Position numbers and translations under genes: made by a program
Shown here: piece after piece, positions 54,353-64,000 of the stretch
Numbering within the stretch: position 1 is the first letter of the stretch
How the letters are laid out: each line of letters starts with the position of its first letter
From: Geosiphon pyriformis uo1
Taxonomy: Eukaryota > Fungi > Glomeromycota
Reading direction: 5' to 3'
Assembly (NCBI GenBank): GCA_016748015.1
Contig: JAAOMT010000480.1
Coordinates: 558,001-622,000, forward strand
Length of the DNA: 64,000 bases
Notes under the pieces: model-generated
The model's database searches: none
Seen by the model: only the letters and a program-made list of their open reading frames with translations
What the model was told of the DNA's origin: nothing

Positions 54353-56296
54353 ATAGAACTGGTGGGATTGTCTGCTGGTGGTTCTGGTTCAGATTCAGCT
54401 GGTTTGGAAATCCACCAGAGTGCTAAAAACAAGCATGTTGACATGGTCTACTCTCGTGATATGTTCTACAAGAAGCCTAAAAAGCCTGCAGCTAGAGTTT
54501 TGGTTGGGTTGTCTGCTGGTTCTCTACTTTTGGAAGATTTGAGTGGTGATGATGGTAAGCCGGCAGCATTCTGGGGAAGCAGAGTGAATAGCATTTCTGG
54601 CAGTATAAGTGGTCTTTCAGATGTCGAAAGCTTGGAAAACTTGGTTGCCAAGGAGACAAGCTATATTGATTCAGATGAGAACAACAAAATGAACAAGACT
54701 ACACTGCAAAGGACTTGCACTTAGATGTATGTATTAGAACAATCTCTCAAGACACCTCATTTTGCTATTATGAATGATGATAACAACAATTTCATGTTGC
54801 TGTCTCCTAAAATTAGTGGGTTCAATCAGCTGTCATTTTCTAAATCATGTGTTCTTGAGAGTTGTAGTTTCGAGCCTGTGAAATTGTTTGCTCTAGATGT
54901 GAATTTGTCAGCTGTTCCTGGCAGGACTAATAGTGATAAGCTCATTTTAATCAAAAAAATCTTTTACAAAATTGATGGTTTTATGGGAGCTTCAACTTCC
55001 TCAAAATTTCCTGGTGTTATTTGTTCAACTTTTACAAGTGAGTCTAGTCTGATTAAGGCCAGGGAATTGGCAGTCTGTAAGAATATTGTTGTCAATAGTA
55101 ATCTCAAAAAAGCAAACATTCATTTAAATCAGGAAGTGATTGTTAAAGAGATTCCAGTTGATCTTCCAAAGTTGGCTGTGGAATCAGTTTTTTCTAAATT
55201 TGGCAAGATTATTTCCATCAGGATGCAATTGATTGGTCTTTGGCAGAAGGCTCTAATTGAATTTGAGTTATTAGAAATTGCCAGTTTGGTCGCTTCTAAG
55301 TGGTCTGTTCTTGTGAGAAAAAATTTGGTTTGTGTAGCACTGGCCGTCAATGATAAGCAAACATGGGTGTTAAAAGATCATTATTGGACTTTGCTCTATA
55401 CTCTTCCAATTGGTACTTCAGTTTATGATCTGTCAGATTTGTTGGTATCATATGGTGAGAAAACTTGTTTCATTGGCCACAATCTTGGTTCATATGTCCA
55501 AGATTGGTGTGCAATCATTTGTTTTGAGAATAAAGATGCCAGATTGGTTGCTGTTAGTACCATTCCAATTTTCAAGGGTGTTAGTTTGCATTGGACTAGT
55601 CTTGTTTTGGCTAGCTGTACCAAGTGTGAACAGTTTGGTCATACCACTACCAGCTGTTCTGTAAGTGGAAGTTCTGGTATCCATGGGAAGAGAGTGGTTT
55701 CTGATCAGGATCGGGTCTGTCTGGCTGGTATATATAAGAAGAAATCAGCTCCTATTGCTCATCCAGCTTCATTTGGTGGCAAAACATGGGCCCAAGTTGC
55801 TAGTGGCACCTCTTTCCATGTGTCTCCTTCTGGTTCTCCTGGGTCTGGTTTGTGTACTGGTTTGGTTTCTCCTTCAGCAGTCTCTGATTATCTTGTTGTT
55901 TTCTGTTTGAATGATCATTTGGCAGTTTTGGAATGCTCTTTGGAGCTTTTGGCTGACTGTGTTTCTGGCATCCTGGTCAGGTTAGATTTCTTTGGTGTGG
56001 TTCCTTTGGTTTCTTCTTCTCTGGCACCTCCTCCTGTTGTTTCTGCAGCTTTGAGTTCTGAAGTGAATTCAGATATAATTGTGGACAATGCTTTGAGTTT
56101 TTCTGATATTTCTCCTCTTCTTACTATTGATGCTGTTGTTAACCTCAGTGCTAGTAGTTCCAAGATTTTTACTGTTAAAGTGAGTGGTTTGAAGATGAAA
56201 TTGGTTGCTTTGGAGGCTTTGGTTGGTTCAGTTTTGGATAAGTTGAATCTTCTGTGCTCTGGTTCAGGTCTGTTAGCTCCCATGTCATCTCAATAA
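54353..56296 (+). pseudogene. LINE ORF1
   Basis: Start codon mutated ATG>ATA (I-ELVGLSAGGSGS vs MEPTGSSADSSGS); CTKCEQFGHTTTSC (CX2CX4HX4C); ends MSSQ*. Confidence 0.88.
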
Positions 56297-59200
56297 CTCA
56301 CTCTATTTGGAAGATTGCCATGTGCAATGTCAGAGGTATGAACATTTGCGCAAAGCAGGCAGATATTGTTCATTGGCATAAAGGCATGAACAATATGGTT
56401 TCTATTGTCACTGAAACAAAGTTGAAGAGAAAAATTCGCCCTTGGATCGCTGATAAGTTTGATGGTGTTCGTGTTTTTACTTCTGGATTGGATTCTGGTC
56501 ACATGAGATCTGGTGTTGCAATCATTTTGGACTCTTCTTTGGTGAAACATGTGTGTAAAGTTTCAGAGGTGCCTAGTTGGCTTCTGTTGGTTAGATTGCT
56601 TTTTAAGAAAAAACTTTTTGTGTCTATTCTGGGACTATATGCTGGTGCATCTTTGACAGTTCATTTTTCTTAGGCTGGCAAGATTAACTCTCTCATTGTT
56701 AGGGCTGTGAATGAATTCTCTTTTATTGTTCTTGGTGGTGATTTTAATGAGAATGGTTCTTACAAATGTGCAAGTTTCAAAAAATGTTTTGAGTTGGATT
56801 TGATTAACTCTCTGGGGGGGGAGCTCTTTTGTGAAGTCACCCACTTGGTGCAATTCTCATGGCATCACTAAAATGATTAACTATGTGCTCATTTCTTCTA
56901 ATTTGGTTGGTGCGGTGGTGGATCGTAGTGTGGATAGCATTGAAGACTATTTTGATATTGATCAAAGAGCTGTGTTTGTGTCTGTGGGACTGGAAGGCCT
57001 GCTCAATGTCAAGTTGAACTCACTGCGCAAACAAGCAAATAGAAATCATTGGAAGTATAATATCAAAAATGCCAATGAGGTTAAGTGGTCTGAGTTCAGA
57101 GATGCTATGGCTGCTAATGCTGTTATGTTCTCAAATGAGTTTGTTACAGCTAGGCAGTTTTCTGATTTGGATGTGATGTGGAATGTTGTTCATAAGATTA
57201 TAGTTTTTTTGGCTGGTAGAACGTTCAAGAAAAAGTGGTTTAAGGGTTTTGATTATGTTTTTAATAAGGTATCTTCCCAGTTTTATAAACTGGAGCTACT
57301 AGTGTCTAAACTGGTAAAGGCTTCTTGGTTGGTTTCTGGCAGAGATTTTGCTTCATTGTTGAATACTTGAAATGGGCTTGATTCTGTGGGTGCTTTGCCA
57401 GTGAGATCTATGTTTCTTTCTAGCTCCAGTTTTAATACAATCTATTCTGGGCTGGCTAAGGCAAGGAAGTCTTACCACTCTTCTAAGTTGTTGGAATCTA
57501 AGCATACTAAAGAATCTTGTATGAGACAGACTATTGAGAGGAGGATAGAGAGTTTTGAAATGGATAAGGGTCATACTATTAGAAGTGTTTTGGAGTGTCC
57601 TTTTTGTAAAGTGGTGTTGGATCATTTGGTAGATGATGGAGAATTGGTCTTGGAGCCTGAATTGGTTAAATCTAAGGTGAATGAGATCATGGAGGGTTGG
57701 ACCAGGAAGCATGTGGTGGCTTCTGATATCTCTGATGACTGGGCGAGGCAATTTCGGCCTTTGAATTACATCTTTGATGGTGCCTTCTCTAATGTGATGC
57801 ATTCAATTGGTTTTAATGAAATGTTTGCTGTTATTTCAAATTTGCCCAATGGGAAAGTGGCTGGTCTTTCTGGTATCACTAATGAACTTTGAAAACACTG
57901 TGACAAATCAGTCTTGGATATGCTTTTGGTGCTCTTAAATTTTTGTTTGGGTTGTGAGTTAGTGCCTGGACCTTGGCAAAAAGCCTAGATCTCAATGATT
58001 CCTAAATCTTGCGAGTGGGAGGGGATTCTTACAAATACCTGCCCCATTGCTTTGATTGAGACAGCTCACAAGATCTTTTCTAAGATTTTTTCAGATCAGA
58101 TCTCTCTGGCTTGTAGCACTTTTAATGTCCTTTGTGGGGACAATTTCTCTGTCCTGAAAGACATATCTACTCAATTGCCTATTTTTGCTGTTGGTTTGGT
58201 AATCAAAGATGTTTTAGAAAAGAATCAAGAGTTGTGACTGGTTTTACAGAATATGCACAAAGCTTATGATTCTGTTGGTTGGGAGCATCTCAAGAGAAGT
58301 TTGGTTAGGATTAAAATGTGTGACAAATTTATAAGATTTTTTGGTAGTATTTATAATGGTCACACTAACAGAGTGATAACAGATTTTGGTTTGACTGATG
58401 GATATCATGTTCATGATGGATTGGATCAGGTGGAGGTTTTTTTGTCACTTCTCTGGTGCATATTTTATGACTCGCTTTTGTGTGAGGTTAAGAAACAGAA
58501 GAGCATTTGTGGTTACAGGTTGATTTTTCATTTTGTTTTTAAGACTGGTCAGGTGGAATCTCAAGCCAGGCTGATGTTGTTTCTGGCCACTGGTGTTTTT
58601 GTTGATGATACTATCTGGATTAGTAGTAGCCAGACTGCTACACAATACATCCTCAATGTTGTTAGTAATTTCTTTTGTTTAAATGACATTTCGATAAACA
58701 ATAACAAGACTGTGGTCATTCTTATCAACTATTAAATTGCTGCTCCTTATCTAACTATTAGTGGTATGCTAATTTCCATTGCTAAAAGAGGTGAACCTTA
58801 TCATTATCTGGGGATTTTTTTATCTTCTGAAGGTTTTTTGAAGCCCAGCTTGGTTAAAGTGTATTCGGATGTTTGGTTTTTTATCAATCGCATTCTAAGA
58901 AAAGTTATTTTGGATAAACAGTTTGCTTATTTGGTGTCTTCAGTTCTCTTTTTTATTGTCAGCTACAGAATTCAGTTCAGTTTTATTCCTCTCAGTGTGT
59001 GTAATAAGTGGGATGCTTTGATTCACAAGGGCCTAAAGCCTAAATTTGGGCTGCCTCTGAACTTTCTCAATAATATGCTTTATCATTCTTCCTTGTACAA
59101 TTTAAAAACTTTTGAGCAGATTCAGGCTGAGAGCAAATCAGCTTCTGTCATTGCTTTTGCGAATTTGGTTGGTGTTTTGGGTCACTTGTTTTCTTATAGG

Positions 59201-60983
59201 TCTCACAATCTCCAGGTTCTTAGCTGGCATCCTCGTCACTCTTTGTTGTTTCCTGTTTGTGTTAGAGTCAGTCCTTCAAACAGCTTTTTGGCAGGTGTGG
59301 TTCATATTTTTTCTGGGTGTGATTTGTTTTTCAGTGGCTCTTTGGCCAGTGCTTTTTGTCTTCGGAGTGATATTCCTATGTCTCTAGTACTTAGCAAGAC
59401 AATTTTTTTCAAATGTGTCTCTTTCCCTTAGGCATTATGGTATTGCTTTCATAGAACAGCTTTGTGACTGGAATGGCATTGTTTTTAATTGGAAGACTTT
59501 CAAGCATTGGAAAAGACTAGACTCCTATGGCCTGGTCCCCTCCTGGTTTGATTTCTCTGTTCGTTTTCTTGGTGGTGTAGCTTCTCTTTCTGGTTGTTCT
59601 CCTCATGAGAGTGTTTGTGGCTCTTCTGACATTCATCAGTCTCTTGGTTTTGGTGTCATTTGTAATGATCTGTTGAATGTTAGTGCCGCCCGCCTCTCTG
59701 TGTACACAGATGGATCTCTGAGTAACTTGAGCAATGTTGACATGTTGGCTGGTGCTGCGGTTTTTTTTGAGAACATTGATTTGGGTCTGAGTGTAGGGGT
59801 TTCTGGTTTGGTTTTTTCTATTTTGGCAGAGTTGTAGGCCATTGCTTTAGCTCTTGAATGTGTTCCTTCTTTTTGTTCAGTTGACTTGTTCTCAGACAGC
59901 CAGGCAGCTATAAATACTTGCAGGTCAGAGTCTTTATTGGTTGGCCCTAATTTTAGGAATTGTTGTTGAATTGAGTGTTGTCACATCGCCAATGTCATTT
60001 GTCGCAAAAATTTGGATGTTAATTGGATTAAGGTTAAGGGCTATTCGGGTGTTTCAGACAATGAGCGTGCTGATGCACTGGCTAAAAATGCTGCTCTTTC
60101 TGCCTGGCATCTGCCCCATTTGGTTAGTGAGAGGTTTTTGAAGACTGGTGTTAATACAATTTCTGGTAATTTGAGGCATTTTGTTCGTGATGTATTCAGG
60201 TCAATCCATCGCACACATTGGGAGGTTGGTTCTGGTTCCTGGGTTGTTCCAGGTTGTTTGCATGCTGATATTGACTGGTTGAGATCTTCTCTGGTATAGC
60301 ATCCGGATTCCCACATGGCGATTGGTTTTACTAGTATTTAGATGGCTGGCTTTTGTACATATTTCATGAAAGCGCTTCATCATTATTTTCCTGTTGCTAT
60401 GTGAAAGCGTCTGTATAATAGGAGTTATTCCAGTGTAGTTTGTTTGTTCTGTAGTAAGGTTGAAGTTTCAGACCATGTTTTTTCTTGCTCTTCTGACACT
60501 GATAATTATGCCAGTTTGTTGGATACTTATACAGCTACCTGGAAGGTGTATTCTGGTCTGTCTCACTCTTTTTCATGCATATTGCAGTTGTTGTTGACTT
60601 GTATTTCAGATGTGACTGTTAGTATGGTTCTGTGTAAGGGCTTCATTTTCAGCAATTGGTATCACGAGTCTGTGTCTGTTTACAGGGATCCTAAGATGGC
60701 AGTAGTTAATGTTGTGAATTTTGTACATGAGTTTTGTCTTGTATTTCATGATAATATCTGGCTGGTCTGTGTGAAACACTGGGCCATCATGGAGAAAAAT
60801 AAGCTGATTCCACATGATGGTTCCATTCCTGTTACTGTTTCTGGTTTTTCTATATGGCTTTCGGCTGGAGTAATTAGGTTGTTAGGTGTTGCAGATGCAC
60901 TTGGTATTAGTTTTGGGTATTGTGAGTGTTGTTTGTTTTATGCAAGTGTTAGTGACATGGCTTCTGTTCATATAAGTGCATAG
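56290..60983 (+). pseudogene. LINE ORF2 (APE-RT-RNase H-zinc finger)
   Basis: WKIAMCNVRGMN, TETKL, GGDFN; QNMHKAYDSV, GLDQ, FVDD, YLG; VYTDGS, FSDSQA, KVKGYSGVSDNERADALA; CLFCSKVEVSDHVFSC. Confidence 0.92.
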
Positions 60984-61124
60984 TGTTGTTCTGACTGGTT
61001 TGAGTGTCTGGTCACATGTAGCAAAGGCATGATTTGTGTCTAGTTTAGATTATTTATATGATATATAGCACTAAGTGGCATTTGGATTTCACTTGTTAAA
61101 CTTTAATAATAAAAAAAATAATAC

Positions 61125-62247
61125 TGTCTTTTTGAATTTAGTGTCTTTTGTTTTTATAAATAAACAATTTATTTTAATTAATAATATAATAATATTTAAG
61201 AATATTTAATATTTAATATTTTATTTAAAATATACATAAAATAAATTTTAAAAATAAATTAGTCAATAATATTATAATTAAAAATATAGATTGGTCATAT
61301 ATTTTTTTTGTATAGTATTTTAATTCGTATATGTTTTTTGAATTTATAAATAAGTTATTTATCAGATTATATATATATATAATAAAAGTAATTTATAAAA
61401 AATTGTTAATAATAATTAAAAAATATATATATAATGCTTTATATTTTAGTATTTTTTGTTTATATTATAGTAAAATAAAATTCTTAGATTATATATTTAT
61501 TTGTAAAAAAGATATAAATATTTATAAAAATTATTAATTACTTATATATTCTATTAAAACTTTCTTTTTATTATTATTTTCTAAAACTATTAATAATAAC
61601 TTATATATAATTTTGTGTAAAAGTATTATTTTTAAGAAATAATAGTATAAAATATTTTTGGTAATATAAAAGTTGTTATTTTAAATTTAGTTGTTTTTAT
61701 ATATAATTTGATAATATATTATTATAATAGTATTTAGTTTTATAGAATTAAATATAAAACTATTATAAAAAAATATAATTTAAATAATAATAACTAAGTT
61801 TTATTTGTAATACATAGTTTGTTTTATTATTTATTTAATAATATAATATATTTATTTAATATTAATAATGTTTTTATTATTAATTTTAACTTATATTTAT
61901 ATTATATATATTTTTTTGATTTGAACAATAATATTATATTATAATATTAATTAACCTAAATAATTAGTTTATATAAAAAGTATATAAGTTGTATTTAGTT
62001 TAAATTATTTAATTTGTTATATTGTATTGAATAATAATTGTGCACTATTTATTAAAAAAAATTAATTTTATGTAAAAATATTGTGTAATTTTGGCAATAT
62101 TATTAATTGTTTTTGTTTAAAATTTATTTAAATTATATTTTTATATTTATTTTTTAATTGTATTTTTTAAATAAAAACCATATTTTTTTTAATTTAATTT
62201 AATTATTATTAATTATGCTTAAATTTTTTTTAATTTTATTAATTTAA

Positions 62248-62278
<31 letters not shown>

Positions 62279-64000
62279 AATTATTATCATTTTAATTTTT
62301 TTATGATTTTTTTAATTTATTTTATTATTGTCTTTTTATGATTTTTTTATGTTTTTATGTTATTTTTTGTTAATTTTTTTCATGTTAATTTTTTTATTTT
62401 TTAAAATTTTTATATTTTAAACATTTTAAGTTTATTTATATTTTATATTATTAATAAAAAATATAAAAAACTTCTTTTTTTATCTAAAAATTTTTTAAAA
62501 GCAATATCTTAAAAAAGTTTTTTGTTTTTTTTGTTTTTATTGTAAATTTAATGATTGTTTTTAATAATAACATAATAAAAAAGACAGTATTATAAATGTT
62601 TTTTTGATTTATTTGGATTTTTATAACTTGGTATTTAGATTAGTAATTTTTTAATTTAAAAATATTTCGAAAATTTTTTTAAAGATTTAACTATTGGAAT
62701 TTTTTGTATAATAGACAGAGATTTAATATTAATAATATATAATACTTAATATTTAACTTTTTTAATATAATAACTGGTTTATTTTAGTGTTTTTTACTTT
62801 TTTTGGTGTTTTTTACTTTTTAATAAGCAATTTTAGTTTTTTAACTATATTTTACACTTTTTTTTGGTGTTTTTATCAGATAATTTTTGATATTATTATT
62901 TTAATGTTTTTTTTTATTAATTAATAAACACAAAACAAAATTCATAGAATTAAAAATAAAAAAATAAAAAAATTAGTATTTTGTTAATAACTATAATTAA
63001 AAATTATTGTCTTATATTAATAAAAAAATAATTGAATTTTAACAAAATAAATATAAATTTATAAAATTTATTTTGAATGAATATAAATTTTAAATATTAA
63101 ATTATTAATTATAAAAGTTATTTGATAAGATAAATTAAACTTGTTTTTAATTTAACTTGTTTGTCTTTTTTGTTTTTAATACTTTTATTATATATATATA
63201 AATCTTTATAATACAATATTCCTAAAATTTTTACAATTTTTTTAAATTATTGCTAAAATTTTTGGTATTCCTAAAATTTTTGGCATTTTTACTAGTTTTT
63301 TTGAAATTTTTAAAATTTCTATTAGTATTTTTAAAATTCTTAATTTTATATACTTTAATAATTTATATTATTTTTTGTTTTTTATTTTTTTTTAATGTTA
63401 AAATCTAGTTAAATAAATTATTAAGTTGTCTTTTTTAATAAAATGTTTTATTTGTTGTATTATTTTTTTGTAAAATATTTTTTTGGACTTGTTATTATAC
63501 AAAGTTTAAATATTCGGTTATTATTTCAAATAATAATAATATTATGTTATTTAAAAAAAAAATTATTTGTAAAACACTAAATATAAACTTAATATTTTCT
63601 AATAAAAAAAAAGTTTAAACTTAGTTAATGAGTTACTAATAGAACTTAAACAGAACTTAAATAAATTCTTCTCTTTAATTTACAATTTTTTTTACATAGT
63701 TATCTACTTATATTTATAGTTTATTATATAAAACTATTTAAATAGGTTTTTTTAAGTGTTTTTAAAGTAAATTTTTTAGCTATTAATTATTATTTTTATG
63801 TTTAATTTTTAATTTTTTAATATTTGAAATAATTATTAAATAATTGAGTAGATATTGTTTTTAATTTCTATTTTGTTAGTTATTTTGTTATATTTTAATA
63901 ATACTTATATATTTTTTTAATTTTGTAATATATTAATTTTAATGATAATAATTGGTTTTAAATTTTATAAAACTTTATCTAATTTAATCAGTATTTTTGT
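61125..64000. repeat. Extremely AT-rich, G/C-eroded sequence, probable decayed repeat
   Basis: Near absence of G/C and CpG; no intact ORF; source not identifiable. Confidence 0.5.

Larger units (their letters stand above)
54218..61116 (+). mobile_element. Full-length non-LTR retrotransposon (LINE), second diverged copy of the same family
   Basis: TSD AATAATAC at 54210-54217 and 61117-61124; A-rich tail; ~6.9 kb; same domain order. Confidence 0.95.

Noticed and set aside
44060-60815. Numerous antisense and alternate-frame ORFs inside the LINEs
   Set aside because: Shadows of the T/G-rich coding strand; not obviously conserved between the two copies
61125-64000. Organelle DNA insertion or endobacterial (Mollicutes-like) DNA
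   Set aside because: No rRNA, tRNA or ORF signal in any frame; composition matches the other eroded repeats

Overview
AT-rich, intron-containing fungal genomic DNA. The gene content (short 70-95 nt GT-AG introns, single-exon MATA-type HMG-box genes, a tyrosine-kinase-like pseudogene) and the repeat types point to Glomeromycotina. The repeats remind me of Geosiphon, but that is recollection and was not verified. Layout: (1) 1-6629 is the 3' two-thirds of a decayed Ty3/Gypsy LTR retrotransposon with an unusual pol (protease, Cys-rich insert, dUTPase, RT, RNase H, integrase), an accessory ORF in the env position ending at the PPT, and a 3' LTR carrying a 10-bp-period ATAAC array. (2) 6.7-42 kb is a host gene island: kinase pseudogene, TPC1-like mitochondrial carrier, UPF0658-like membrane protein, GT8 glycosyltransferase, orphan TM protein, two HMG-box genes and a TMEM135-like gene. 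(3) Extremely AT-rich blocks (11-12 kb, 36-39 kb, 42.3-43.9 kb, 50.8-54.2 kb, 61.1-64 kb); several are recognisably G/C-eroded, co-oriented, partly tandem copies of one unidentified 1.7-2 kb coding unit. (4) Two full-length, head-to-head 6.9-kb RNase H-bearing LINEs inserted in these relics. Each has a TSD matching AT(A/T)ATAC, a 5' A-tract, an AUG-less -1 overlapping ORF2 and a conserved structured 3' end. All coordinates and translations were read by eye; no searches were run.
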